This document shows positions 45,266 through 55,494 of a DNA stretch of 64,000 nt, one piece after another. Under the pieces are notes generated by a model, which saw only the letters and a list, made by a program, of their open reading frames with translations, was not told where the DNA came from and searched no databases. Position numbers and translations under genes: made by a program. This DNA comes from Candidatus Marsarchaeota archaeon. GTDB taxonomy: Archaea > Micrarchaeota > Micrarchaeia > Micrarchaeales > Micrarchaeaceae. The stretch covers positions 26,335 through 90,334 of the forward strand of contig JAMCZQ010000007.1 in the NCBI GenBank assembly GCA_023485295.1. Direction: 5' to 3'. Positions within the stretch are counted from its first letter, which is position 1, and the number at the start of each line of letters is the position of its first letter.

Positions 45266-47119
45266 ATGGACTACTTGTTCAGGTTTGAAAAGCCAAGGCA
45301 GTACCAAAAAGAAATGGTAGAGGACATATACGATGCCCTTGAGCGCCGCACCGACATACTGGTCAATGCGCCCACCGGCATAGGCAAGACAGACGCTTCC
45401 ATAAGCGCTGCCCTCACATTCGCATTGAAGAACGATTTGGACGTTTTCTTCCTGACGCCAAAGATATCGCAGCACAAAATAGCAGTGGAAGCCCTTTCAG
45501 GCATAAAAGCCAAATCCGGAATGGGCTTCAACTTTGTAGACATAGTTGGAAAGCAGAACATGTGCATAAACGATTCGGTCAACATGATAGAGAGCGATGC
45601 GTTCTACGGCGCATGCGAGAGCTTGGTAAAATCCGGAAAGTGCGGATTCTTCTCCGCGGCAAAGAACTTCGAGCCTTCGGCATTGGACTACGGGCACATG
45701 GAAAAGGGCCACAACTCGTTTTTTGACTTTGCATTCAAGCATGGTGTGTGCGCTTATGAAATCGCAGCAAAGCTCGCCAGGAACTCCAGGGTTGTCATTG
45801 CGGGGTATGCGCACCTCCTCAACCCCTACAACAAGGGCACCTTCCTGAAGAAAATAGGCCATACGCTAGACAATTCAATAGTCATATGGGATGAGGCGCA
45901 TAACCTAATGAACGCAGCGAGCTCGTATTTCAGCAGCGCAATAACATCGGTTGGGATAGAGCGCGCAATGAAGGAACTTGGCCAGATAGGCAGCAGCATA
46001 GACCTAGATTACCTGAAATTCGAGCTAGGCAGGCTAGCTGAGAAAAAACTTTCAGGCAGCACTATGGAATCATTTGTCTCATTAGATGAATTTCCGGAAG
46101 AGATAACTGCAAACGCCGAAAAGCTAATCGATCAGCTTGACAAGGCGGCGCTGGAATACATCCAGTCAAAGAATGCCAAGCGCAGCGCCATAGTCCACGT
46201 ATCGCGCTTCCTTAAAAGCTTCATGGATGCAGACGCATCAACCGCAAGGATCATATCCAAAAAGTCTGGAAGGCCAGCGCTGCTGGTGAGCTGCCTTTAC
46301 CCGGAGCGTGCCATCACAGTTTTCCAGGAAGCATACGCAAACGTGTTCATGAGCGCAACGCTGCAGCCAATGGCAATGTATGCAGATCTTTTTGGCCTCA
46401 AGAATTCTGTGGCAAAGAGCTATCGGTCCCCATTTCCCAAGGGCAACGTGAACGCATACATAGATGATGAATTCACTACAAAGTTCTCATACCGTTCAGC
46501 TGAGCAGTACAAGCGCATTGCACAGCGCATCCAGTCAATAAAGCAGGTTACTCCAGGAAACCTGGCTGTATTCTTTCCGAGCTTTTCCGTGCTGGACGGG
46601 GTTGCGCGGCACATAAGCTTCAGCAGGAAATACACGCAGCGCAGCTCAATGAAGAGCATAGCAACGGAGAACCTGATAAAAAGCTTCATAGACGATGGCA
46701 ACGGCCTGCTGCTTGCAGTGATGGGCGGCAGCCTGAGCGAGGGCGTAGACTACCCAAACAACGCAATAAAGGGCATAGCCATTGTAGGTATACCGCTGGC
46801 GGTTCCGGACCTGGAGCTCAGGGCGCAGATCGCATACCTGGATAAGAAATTCAGCGGCAAAGGGCAGGACTATGCGTACATAATACCTGCTTTGATAAGG
46901 ACCATACAGGCCTCAGGAAGGGCCATAAGGAGCGAAAGCGACAGGGCTACGATAGTGCTGATGGACAGGAGGTATTCATGGCGCATTTACAGGTCTGTGG
47001 TCTCAAACAGCATAAGCATAAAGGAGACTGGTGACTACATAAACGACATGCGACTTTTCTGGAGCGGCAGGCACATTGACGCATTTAGCCTAGGGAACGA
47101 GCTTGCACTCAAGCATTGA
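45266..47119 (+). CDS. xpd: XPD/Rad3-family 5'-3' DNA helicase
   Basis: 617 aa. APTGIGKT, DEAHNL, four-Cys FeS-domain candidates (C..C..C..C between residues about 100-165), C-terminal helicase motifs. Confidence 0.85.
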   Translation: MDYLFRFEKPRQYQKEMVEDIYDALERRTDILVNAPTGIGKTDASISAALTFALKNDLDVFFLTPKISQHKIAVEALSGIKAKSGMGFNFVDIVGKQNMCINDSVNMIESDAFYGACESLVKSGKCGFFSAAKNFEPSALDYGHMEKGHNSFFDFAFKHGVCAYEIAAKLARNSRVVIAGYAHLLNPYNKGTFLKKIGHTLDNSIVIWDEAHNLMNAASSYFSSAITSVGIERAMKELGQIGSSIDLDYLKFELGRLAEKKLSGSTMESFVSLDEFPEEITANAEKLIDQLDKAALEYIQSKNAKRSAIVHVSRFLKSFMDADASTARIISKKSGRPALLVSCLYPERAITVFQEAYANVFMSATLQPMAMYADLFGLKNSVAKSYRSPFPKGNVNAYIDDEFTTKFSYRSAEQYKRIAQRIQSIKQVTPGNLAVFFPSFSVLDGVARHISFSRKYTQRSSMKSIATENLIKSFIDDGNGLLLAVMGGSLSEGVDYPNNAIKGIAIVGIPLAVPDLELRAQIAYLDKKFSGKGQDYAYIIPALIRTIQASGRAIRSESDRATIVLMDRRYSWRIYRSVVSNSISIKETGDYINDMRLFWSGRHIDAFSLGNELALKH

Positions 47120-47130
47120 CAAAAGCAGCC

Positions 47131-48099
47131 TCATAGCAGCATGTAAAAAACGTAGTACAAGCCAAGCCCGATGGCAACGCCAAGCAGCAGCGGTGGTATT
47201 GCAGGAAGCGCACGCTTGTAGCGCCTGAGTATGAACATCGTGATCACAAGCCCTATTACTGCCCCGAACACTACAAAAAAGCTGAGCACAAAGCTGAGCG
47301 AAACTTTGAAGGCTGCCACTGCAACCATGAGCGGTATGGCAAGGTCGCCTGTCCCGAGCGCAACATTGGCTGAAACCGGCACAAGGCCGAGGTTCTTCGC
47401 CTTTTCGACTGCCGGATGCCTGCTCAGCCTGCTTTTCCTGGTCTTAATGGCAGACTCGTATTCCCTCAGCTCCTTGCTGGTGAATGAGGACCTTGGCACT
47501 GCTTCAACCTCGTTCATGTCTACCATGAATGCGAGATTGTTCTCAGTGACAACATTGGCAAGCGTCAGCATGTGCTTTGTTATGAAAACCGCTATGAAGT
47601 CGTATACCGCGAGCAGCACCATGAATATAAGCGCCGCTATGAAGCTGAAGCTGAATCCAAGCACCGCCCCTACGCCTATGCTGGCGATTATCGCTGCTAC
47701 ATTCTTCAGCTTAGGCCACTTGTTTTTCGAAACTATCAGCGCTACAGAAAGTATTATCGCTCCAATGCCTGCGGCAAGCGAGCTCTGGGTTATGTAAGCC
47801 AGTATTACAAGGAAAACGTAGAACGAGGCTATGAATAGAACAAGCGCTTCTATTATTACATAGATCTTCACTCCCCTGTAGAACCTGAACAGCACCAGCA
47901 TGCCAATTGCAAGAAATATTATATACGCGATAAGCAGCAGCGCGTTTACCGGCGTGTTTATTACCTGCGTGCTCTGGACCTGCTGGAACGATGCGCCGTT
48001 AAACCATAGCGTTGCGAGCGCTAGCCCTGCGAACTGCACGATCATGAACATGGTTAGGATGCCAAAAAGCTGCCTGTTCTCTATGACCCTGCGCTCCAA
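47131..48099 (-). CDS. Presenilin/signal-peptide-peptidase homolog (A22 intramembrane aspartyl protease)
   Basis: 322 aa. LAVYDFIAVF (YD), LGTGDLAIP (GxGD), ALPAIPPL (PAL-like). Confidence 0.75.
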   Translation of the reverse strand: MERRVIENRQLFGILTMFMIVQFAGLALATLWFNGASFQQVQSTQVINTPVNALLLIAYIIFLAIGMLVLFRFYRGVKIYVIIEALVLFIASFYVFLVILAYITQSSLAAGIGAIILSVALIVSKNKWPKLKNVAAIIASIGVGAVLGFSFSFIAALIFMVLLAVYDFIAVFITKHMLTLANVVTENNLAFMVDMNEVEAVPRSSFTSKELREYESAIKTRKSRLSRHPAVEKAKNLGLVPVSANVALGTGDLAIPLMVAVAAFKVSLSFVLSFFVVFGAVIGLVITMFILRRYKRALPAIPPLLLGVAIGLGLYYVFYMLL

Positions 48100-48107
48100 T
48101 GCAACAC

Positions 48108-50174
48108 CTACTCCGCTTCGTGGTGCACCAGCTTTATGACACCCTGCCTCGGCCTGTAGATGTCGCCGGCCCTCTCAAGCTCGGATATGTACTTGCTTGC
48201 TGTTGCAGAGTCTATGCCAGCAGCCTCTGCTTCCTCTATAACCTGCTGCGTCTTTACGCTCTCGTCGCCCTCTTCGCTAAGCTTCTTTATTATATTTAGC
48301 ATTGTGTTGATCTTGTCAACCTTCTCCCTCGGCATGCCTGTTAATATGGTGTCTATGTCTATGCGTCCGCCGGTATCGACAGCCAAGGACTTAAGCATGA
48401 ACTTGCTCAGGTCTATTGCCAGGTCTGCATCCGCAACGCCGACGACTTCTGCAAGCCTCGACTTGGCGCTTGCCTCGCTCATCCTCACAAGCCCTTCTAT
48501 CTGCCTGGGCGTTATCGGAACCGCGCCCTGCTTCATGCCGGTCTTTCTCAAGTCTATATAATACTCCATTATCCGGTTGGCGGCCTCGCCGCTAAGCCTT
48601 GGCGAGACGTATTTTCTTGCATAAGCAATGTACTTGCGCAGAAGCTCGTTGTCTATTGGCGGAGCCTCAACCTGCTCGAACTCCTTTATGTCGGCAAGCT
48701 TAGCGCCTGCAGCCTCATGCTGCACCAGTATGTGCTTTGCAATGTTCTTGTCGAGCTCTTCGTCCATCACGTCTGTTATCGGGAATATCAGGTCGAATCT
48801 CGAAAGCAAGGTTGGCGGTATGTCGAACTGCTCGGCCGGATACCTGTGCTGGTCAAACCTTCCGAATTTTGGGTTTGCAGCTGCAAGCACTGCTGCCCTT
48901 GCGCTGAACGTTGCTATTATGCCTGCCTTGGCCACGCTTATTGTCTGCGATTCCAGCGCTTCGTGCAAAGAAGCCTTGTCCTCTGGGCTTATCTTGTCGA
49001 ATTCATCGATAGCCACTACGCCGCCGCTTCCAAGCACCATGGCCCCTGCCTTCAGCGTCCATCCACCTTCCGAGAAGTCGTCCCTTTCAGCGACCGCAGT
49101 AAGGCCGCCGCCGGTAACTGACTTGCCGCTCACGTATATGCCTTTCGGCACGAGGTTCGACACCGCTTGCAGTATCCTTGTCTTGGCGCTTCCAGGATCG
49201 CCTATGAGCATGATGTGCATATCGCTCCTTATGATGCCGCCGTCTACCAATGTCTTTCCTGAAGTGCCGCCAAACAGCTGCAACGCGACAGCCCTTTTTA
49301 TCTCTTCAAAGCCGTATATCGATGGAGCTATGGACTTGGCTATCTTGTCAAATATCTGAGGGTCCTTGGAAAGCTCCAATATCTCCCTTACCTCTTCATC
49401 GCTTATGGCCAGGTCGGCGAACTCCTTCTGCTTTGGAACTATCGACACTGCCTCAAGGAACATGGTATACAAATCAGATTCGACCTTGCCCTTGGCGTTT
49501 TTCCTAGGGCGTATGCGCAGCACTCCGACAAGCTCTATCCTGTCTCCAGGTATCACGGTGTTGACCAAATCGTCCTGGAGCCAAACCTCGAGCTGCCATG
49601 TGGGGGTATTGCCGCGCAGCTTTTCCAGCGGATCCTGCACTGCAATCCTCTGCATGTTAATGAATTGCGATTCCTCAGGCACTGGCTTGATGCCCCGCCT
49701 TTTGCACTGCGGGCATATGTCAGGCACAGGGTCCTTCCCAACCTGCAGCGTGTACTTTGTGCCACAATACGTGCATTCGTACACGCCTATCCTTACCTTG
49801 GGGCTTATCTCAGACCTTTTCACTATAAGGCTGTCAAGCGAAACGAGCTTGGATATGTAGGAGGAGCCGACGTCCTGCACTAGCGGGTTGTTTATCTGCA
49901 GCCCGAAAAAGCGCACGTGGACTTCATAGTTGCCCAGGTCCAGGTCGCCTAGCTTATACCTTAGGGACTCGTTAGCGGCCCTTGTGACAACATCTGGATT
50001 GTTTACGAGCTCGCTTGCAAGGTCAGGGTCGAATTTTGCAAGGTCCCCTATGTCAACCTTAAGGCTGCGCCTCTCCGGAAAATACAGCATTATCTCATTT
50101 ATGCCTTCCCTGTAGTAGCGCTCAAGGAATTCGTCAAAGCGCGATTTTATTGCTTCGATAATTGCATCTTCCAA
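48108..50174 (-). CDS. mcm: Replicative helicase MCM
   Basis: 688 aa. Zn motif CTYCG...CPQC, Walker A GDPGSAKT, Walker B AIDEFDK, arginine finger SRFDL, C-terminal wH. Confidence 0.95.
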   Translation of the reverse strand: MEDAIIEAIKSRFDEFLERYYREGINEIMLYFPERRSLKVDIGDLAKFDPDLASELVNNPDVVTRAANESLRYKLGDLDLGNYEVHVRFFGLQINNPLVQDVGSSYISKLVSLDSLIVKRSEISPKVRIGVYECTYCGTKYTLQVGKDPVPDICPQCKRRGIKPVPEESQFINMQRIAVQDPLEKLRGNTPTWQLEVWLQDDLVNTVIPGDRIELVGVLRIRPRKNAKGKVESDLYTMFLEAVSIVPKQKEFADLAISDEEVREILELSKDPQIFDKIAKSIAPSIYGFEEIKRAVALQLFGGTSGKTLVDGGIIRSDMHIMLIGDPGSAKTRILQAVSNLVPKGIYVSGKSVTGGGLTAVAERDDFSEGGWTLKAGAMVLGSGGVVAIDEFDKISPEDKASLHEALESQTISVAKAGIIATFSARAAVLAAANPKFGRFDQHRYPAEQFDIPPTLLSRFDLIFPITDVMDEELDKNIAKHILVQHEAAGAKLADIKEFEQVEAPPIDNELLRKYIAYARKYVSPRLSGEAANRIMEYYIDLRKTGMKQGAVPITPRQIEGLVRMSEASAKSRLAEVVGVADADLAIDLSKFMLKSLAVDTGGRIDIDTILTGMPREKVDKINTMLNIIKKLSEEGDESVKTQQVIEEAEAAGIDSATASKYISELERAGDIYRPRQGVIKLVHHEAE

Positions 50175-50288
50175 GGATTCACCTTTTTAGGCATAAATCA
50201 GAAAAACAATCCTATATGCGCATAAAAATTATTTATAATGTTCCTTTCGCAATAATTAATATCTTTTTGCAATCGCGCCCAAGGTGCT

Positions 50289-51953
50289 TTGACGGACAAA
50301 AAAAGGATAATAGTGACATCTGCATTGCCTTATTCAGAGGCAATGCCGCATCTTGGCAACCTTGTGGGCTCAATGCTGCCTGCTGATATATTCTACAAAT
50401 ACACCAAATTAGCAGGCTATGACTCTATATATATCTGCGGCTCGGACCAGCACGGCACCCCAATAGAGCTCAGGGCAATAAAGCTCGGAAAATCCCCAGA
50501 AGAGCTTTCCGACAGCGTGCACAACGCCATAAAGATGGCATTGGAGGCATTTGAATGCACCTTCACATACTACGGCAAGACCAATTCAGAGAGCAACAAG
50601 GAGACCGTATACGAGCTCTTCGAAGCGCTTAATCGCAACGGCTACATACTTGCCCAGGAATCGGTCATGCCCTTCTGCAGGATCGACAAGCGCTTCCTTA
50701 CCGACAGGCTCATAGAAGGCACATGCCCTTACTGCGGATTCGAAAGCGCCCGCGGCGATCAATGCGACAACTGCGGAAGGCTGCTGACGCCTCAAGAGCT
50801 CATAGAGCCCCATTGCACGCTGTGCCATGGAAAAGAAATAGAATTCCGCAAAACGAAAAACCTCGCAATAGACCTTAAAAAGCTGCAGCCAGATATTGAG
50901 GGATTTGTAAAAAGCCGCGCAAAGAACAACTGGTCCAAAAACGCTGTAAACAAGACGCTAAGCTACTTGGAGCAGGGCCTTCAGCCCAGGGAGATAACAA
51001 GGGACATGAAATGGGGCTTCCCTGTGCCCCTGAAAGGGTTCGAAGACAAGGTTTTTTACGTGTGGTTCGATGCGGTCATAGGCTATATAGGCATAACCAG
51101 GGAATGGTCAGAGGACTGGAAAGGGTATTGGAAGGACCCAGACACGAGGCTTGTGCAATTCATGGGAAAGGACAACATAGAGTTCCATACGATGATGTGG
51201 CCTGCCATACTCATTGGCTCCGACAGCGGCTATGTGCTTCCAAGCACGATAATAGCGTATGAGTACCTCAATTCCCACGGCCTCAAGTTTTCCAAAAGCA
51301 GAGGCATAGGCAGCCTGAACATCGAAAATGCCCCAAGGATATTGGAGCCTGACTACTGGAGGTTTGCCCTATCGTACCTGTTGCCTGAAACTGCAGACAC
51401 CGAATTCACAATCGCAGGCTTCGTGGAGATAATAAATAAGGTGATGAACGACAAGATAGGGAACTTCGTGCACAGGGTTCTCACGATATCAAAGTCCAAC
51501 AGGCCCTTGCTTGGCGAGAGCATGGAAATAAGCAAGGAGCACATTGCTACAGTGCAGCCTATCGTTGAAAGCTATATTGCCAACTTTGAAAGCTTCAAGA
51601 TACGCGAGGCCCTGAAGGATGTAATAAGGCTTGCCGAAGCCGGCAACGAAATAATGTCAAATAGGCAGCCTTGGGCCCTTGCCAAAGCCGCGTCAGGCAG
51701 TGCAAAAGCGAAAGGCGAGTTCGCAGAAATAATAGGGTCGCTTGCATGGATCGTGCATGCTGTCGGCATAATGCTGTGGCCGTTCGCCCCTGCAGCAAGC
51801 ACAACCATATTGTCGTATTTCTCAGCGAGCCAGGCAAAGCTCAGCTCAATCTGGCATCCTGTGAAACTGGGCAGCCTTGAAGGCCTGAACCCAGTTTTCA
51901 ATAAGGTCACTGACGAGCAGCTGCGCGAGCTTGAAAAGTTCGAATCGGATTAA
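50289..51953 (+). CDS. metG: Methionyl-tRNA synthetase
   Basis: 554 aa with TTG start. HLGN (HIGH-like), CPYCG...CDNCG knuckles, KFSKSRG (KMSKS). Confidence 0.9.
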   Translation: MTDKKRIIVTSALPYSEAMPHLGNLVGSMLPADIFYKYTKLAGYDSIYICGSDQHGTPIELRAIKLGKSPEELSDSVHNAIKMALEAFECTFTYYGKTNSESNKETVYELFEALNRNGYILAQESVMPFCRIDKRFLTDRLIEGTCPYCGFESARGDQCDNCGRLLTPQELIEPHCTLCHGKEIEFRKTKNLAIDLKKLQPDIEGFVKSRAKNNWSKNAVNKTLSYLEQGLQPREITRDMKWGFPVPLKGFEDKVFYVWFDAVIGYIGITREWSEDWKGYWKDPDTRLVQFMGKDNIEFHTMMWPAILIGSDSGYVLPSTIIAYEYLNSHGLKFSKSRGIGSLNIENAPRILEPDYWRFALSYLLPETADTEFTIAGFVEIINKVMNDKIGNFVHRVLTISKSNRPLLGESMEISKEHIATVQPIVESYIANFESFKIREALKDVIRLAEAGNEIMSNRQPWALAKAASGSAKAKGEFAEIIGSLAWIVHAVGIMLWPFAPAASTTILSYFSASQAKLSSIWHPVKLGSLEGLNPVFNKVTDEQLRELEKFESD

Positions 51954-51998
51954 AGGGCTATAGGAAAAAATAAATATTATGAAAGCGCCTATCCTATC

Positions 51999-52634
51999 AT
52001 GGCAACGGTAACAAGGGCAACAGTCTACAAAATAAACGGCAGCGAGGTTGAGGCAGTAGAGCGAAACGTATGGTCCCTAAGCAACTTTATCCTGAACGAA
52101 AAGTACGCCTCAGGGCTTGTGAAATTCAGGCTTACGGAGAAACCTAAAATAAACACCGGCTACGGCCATTATAACATAATAATGGAATCGCCAACAATGA
52201 CGCTGCACCAGGGGACCGCAAAAATCATAGGCGTATGCAACACCGAAGCCTATCAGCTTACGGTAAAACTAAGCATGATGATGGGCCTTGCTATAGAGCG
52301 ATCAGGCTATGCCGATGCCATAATGTACCTGTATAAAGAGCCTTCAACAGAAAACCTCCAGTCTCGTGGCGAGCAGGTAAGGCTGGTCTCAAACATGCAA
52401 AAGCAGCAGCAGTCATATGCAAGATACGACATAAAATCTGCCCTTCGCACTGACCTTAACTTCAAAAGCCATCCTGAAAGCACGATAACGTTGCTGTACG
52501 AGGCACCGTTCATCGAAAAAGCCACAGGCAGGGCCGTAACCAACAATATAATACTGAAAGACCTGCCAATGGGCAAGAAGGAGATAGAGCACATTTTGGA
52601 CAAAAAGGTAATAGCAAAGCTCACGGATTTCTGA
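51999..52634 (+). CDS. Hypothetical protein
   Basis: 211-aa ORF. No motif recognised. Confidence 0.45.
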   Translation: MATVTRATVYKINGSEVEAVERNVWSLSNFILNEKYASGLVKFRLTEKPKINTGYGHYNIIMESPTMTLHQGTAKIIGVCNTEAYQLTVKLSMMMGLAIERSGYADAIMYLYKEPSTENLQSRGEQVRLVSNMQKQQQSYARYDIKSALRTDLNFKSHPESTITLLYEAPFIEKATGRAVTNNIILKDLPMGKKEIEHILDKKVIAKLTDF

Positions 52635-52811
52635 GCCAGCATAATGGCATTGCTCTGGAAGCGAATGCATTCGAGGCATGCCCTTAATATATATAAATCT
52701 TTGTTGGCATAATAAGAGTAACTTTGCGGATTTGGCATTTATGCATGTGCATCGCAGAGCCGCTTTATTTTACGAAGCAAAATAAGGTAAGCTTATACAC
52801 AAAGTGGTTTT

Positions 52812-53207
52812 ATGAGTCAATCTAGCAGACAGATACATGGCCCATCCTCGACAAAGAGTTCGGGAAACGGGAAAAAGAAGATAAGTGCAAAGGACAAAAG
52901 GAGGAGTTACATTGGCAATTATTTTAGCTCTACAAAGCTCGCGGAAAAGGATTTAAAAGACAGGATAAGAAGGAGGGGCGGCACAGTCGCGGCAAGGCTG
53001 AAGCATGCGGCAACTGCAAGCATTCTCACAAAAGACGGCTATAAAAAGGCAGTCATACGCGGAGTCCTGGAATCAAAGGACAACAGGAACTTTGCAAGGC
53101 AGAATATAATAACAAAAGGCACGATAATCAATACAGACATAGGCAAGGCTTCAGTCATAAATAGGCCAGGCCGTGAAGGTACAGTAATTGCAAAGCTTCT
53201 CGAGTGA
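52812..53207 (+). CDS. rps8e: 30S ribosomal protein S8e
   Basis: 131 aa. Basic N-terminus; C-terminal half RGGTVAARLKHA...NFARQNIITKGTII...GTVIAKLL matches the eS8 pattern. Confidence 0.8.
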   Translation: MSQSSRQIHGPSSTKSSGNGKKKISAKDKRRSYIGNYFSSTKLAEKDLKDRIRRRGGTVAARLKHAATASILTKDGYKKAVIRGVLESKDNRNFARQNIITKGTIINTDIGKASVINRPGREGTVIAKLLE

Positions 53208-53211
53208 TTAA

Positions 53212-53676
53212 ATGTCTGAAGTCGTGTACGTTTTTGACAGGTCAGACATGGACAAGCTCGGAAAGGTGCTTTCCTACGACCCTTATTTGGACAAGGAGCT
53301 CCTGCCTGACATGCCAGAAGAGCTTTCCGACAAAAAATACCTGGAGCAGCACCCGGAAGCAAAAGAGAAGGCAAAGGAGCTGTCCGAAAGGATAAACAAG
53401 GCCAAGGAAAGGCTAAAGAACGACCCAATGCTCAACACGATATTCGCCAGGCAGGAATACAGCCTGCGCGAAGGCTCATCCCTTGGAATGGACCAGAGCA
53501 AATGCTACCTGTACATAAAGGCAAGCGACGATTTTATTGCAAAGGCGGAGCAAAAGCTGAAAAAGGAGTTTGCCAGTTTCGCCAAGGCGGACCCGGAAAC
53601 ATCCCAGAAGGTCATAAGCTTCATAAGCGAGGAGCAGCAGCGCGCGAATGAGGGCTTCGGCTCAATATTCGGTTAG
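53212..53676 (+). CDS. Acidic hypothetical protein ending in a ribosomal-stalk-like tail (EEQQRANEGFGSIFG)
   Basis: 154-aa ORF starting 4 nt after rps8e. Confidence 0.5.
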   Translation: MSEVVYVFDRSDMDKLGKVLSYDPYLDKELLPDMPEELSDKKYLEQHPEAKEKAKELSERINKAKERLKNDPMLNTIFARQEYSLREGSSLGMDQSKCYLYIKASDDFIAKAEQKLKKEFASFAKADPETSQKVISFISEEQQRANEGFGSIFG

Positions 53677-53727
53677 TTTGGTGATCGCATAAACATACTA
53701 AGCATAAACGATCTTTCAAAGGACGAC

Positions 53728-54606
53728 ATGCTTGCCATATTCGAGATTGCGGACAACCTTAAGGAGAACAAAGAGCAGACAACGCTAAAGGAAAATTCCG
53801 TGCTGGCCCTATTTTTCGAAAAGCCGTCAACAAGGACAAGGACGTCGTTCGAGGCTGGAATATCGCAGCTGGGCGGCAAAGGCATATACATAGATGCAGC
53901 TACCACGCAGCGCAGCCGCGGCGAGCCAATGGGCGACATAGCCCGCATGCTCAGCAGCTATTGCGACTTCATAGCTGCAAGGCTATACAAGCATGACGAT
54001 CTTCTAGAGATGGCGGCCAATTCAAGCGTTCCTGTGATAAATGCGCTTACTGACATAGAGCATCCGACCCAGGCGCTTGTGGACATGTATACCATAGGCG
54101 CGCACATCAAGAACCTCAAGAACGCAAAAATTGCATTTGTCGGTGATATAGCGACAAACACTGCGAATTCGCTAATGCTTGCAGCAACAAAGCTGGGCGC
54201 GCAGATATCCCTTGTAGGCCCTAAGGACTACATGCCCAACAGCACCTATTTCAACAAGGCCAGGGAGCACGGCATTGTTTATGTGTACAACAGCGTAGAA
54301 GAGGGGCTTGAAGGGGCAAATATCGTATACACAGACACATTTGTAAGCATGGGCCAGGAGGCCGACGCAGAATCGAGGCGCGCGCTGTTCAAGGACTACC
54401 AGGTCAATTCAAAAATGCTTGAATATGCGGATCCTGAAGCGCTGATAATGCACTGCCTGCCTGCGCACCGCGGCGAAAGAAGAGATAACTGCAGATGTCC
54501 TGGAGGGGCCAAAGAGCATAGTGTGGGAGCAGGCAAAAAACAAGCTGCTAATAGCAAAGGCAGTGCTGTTATTCCTTTCAATAGAGCAGCGCTGATAATT
54601 ATATAG
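53728..54606 (+). CDS. argF: Ornithine carbamoyltransferase, disrupted (3' frameshift, no canonical start for the conserved N-terminus); possible pseudogene or assembly error
   Basis: FEKPSTRTRTSFE, HPTQAL, HCLPAHRGE. After 54477 the canonical tail EEITADVLEGPKSIVWEQAKNKLLIAKAVLL continues in the +1 frame and ends at 54595. Confidence 0.8.
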   Translation: MLAIFEIADNLKENKEQTTLKENSVLALFFEKPSTRTRTSFEAGISQLGGKGIYIDAATTQRSRGEPMGDIARMLSSYCDFIAARLYKHDDLLEMAANSSVPVINALTDIEHPTQALVDMYTIGAHIKNLKNAKIAFVGDIATNTANSLMLAATKLGAQISLVGPKDYMPNSTYFNKAREHGIVYVYNSVEEGLEGANIVYTDTFVSMGQEADAESRRALFKDYQVNSKMLEYADPEALIMHCLPAHRGERRDNCRCPGGAKEHSVGAGKKQAANSKGSAVIPFNRAALIII

Positions 54607-54629
54607 CTTTTAGCCTAAAATAGTCTATT

Positions 54630-55316
54630 ATGGACCTTATAGCAAAATCAGCATTCGCAGTATTGATACTTGTTGCAATAGCTGCAGTCATATTCCTGGC
54701 CGTGCAGCTGCTGCACTATTCCCAAAAACCGTACATCAGCTCGGCGCAGGCCGCTAATGCTGTGCTCAATGACATACGACAGAACTATCCGGATTCTTTC
54801 GCCAGCGTGCTGTCTGTATCGAAATCCAATATAACAAACGACAGCTGGGATGTGGTAGTAAACGTCGTGTACAATTATACAACCCCGTGCCCTGAGGTGC
54901 TTAATGAAGGGTATGACTATCCGAGCTTTGAGTTTGTAGGGAGCGAATACAACCTTTATGCATCTGCATGCAACGTATATGGCTATGCAAATGCGCCGAC
55001 ATACATAGTGGGGTCGCCGTACATAGCAATAACCAGGGCATATGCATCAGGCAATGAAACCGTGCGCAATTACATAGGCACGTATGGATTCAACAGCACG
55101 ACTGTGCATGCGCATTTCTATGCTGCGCCACCATCAAACAAGAGCCTCGATGCAATTGCTGCTGGCAGGAACGACACATGGATAATTACTTATACTGGCA
55201 ATAAGGCTGCAAAGTCGCTGTATGTCGGGATGAGCCAGAACGGCACCATAATAAGCACTCTTGAGCTAAACGATTCAGCAACCGCATCGCAAAACAGCAC
55301 AGGCTATCCAGCATAA
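54630..55316 (+). CDS. Exported/anchored sequon-containing protein
   Basis: 228 aa with N-terminal TM FAVLILVAIAAVIFLAVQLL. Confidence 0.5.
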   Translation: MDLIAKSAFAVLILVAIAAVIFLAVQLLHYSQKPYISSAQAANAVLNDIRQNYPDSFASVLSVSKSNITNDSWDVVVNVVYNYTTPCPEVLNEGYDYPSFEFVGSEYNLYASACNVYGYANAPTYIVGSPYIAITRAYASGNETVRNYIGTYGFNSTTVHAHFYAAPPSNKSLDAIAAGRNDTWIITYTGNKAAKSLYVGMSQNGTIISTLELNDSATASQNSTGYPA

Positions 55317-55494
55317 GCATGTATTTGCATAAATATATGGATACACAAGTAAACAAAGTTTGCTTTTTAAATAAAAATTTTATTTTTGTACATATCATAA
55401 AGCCGCATAAAAAGCTTAACTACAATAAATCTACTCAGCAACAAAAACCTTTTAAAGCTTAGCAAACAAATTTTTGCGACCAAAAGGCGATCAG

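Noticed and set aside
52635-52811. Larger intergenic gaps (also 33340..33593, 60506..60682, 55317..55473) inspected for tRNA or small RNA genes
   Set aside because: They are AT-rich with no cloverleaf-compatible GC-rich stems or conserved T-loop/D-loop boxes that I could see. They are more likely promoter regions.
53674-53730. In-frame TAG between the acidic 154-aa ORF and argF (same reading frame), considered as stop-codon readthrough, a pyrrolysine codon or a fusion
   Set aside because: The upstream protein ends in a natural-looking C-terminal tail (GFGSIFG). There is no evidence for Pyl machinery in the window. Coincidence of frame (1 in 3) is more parsimonious.
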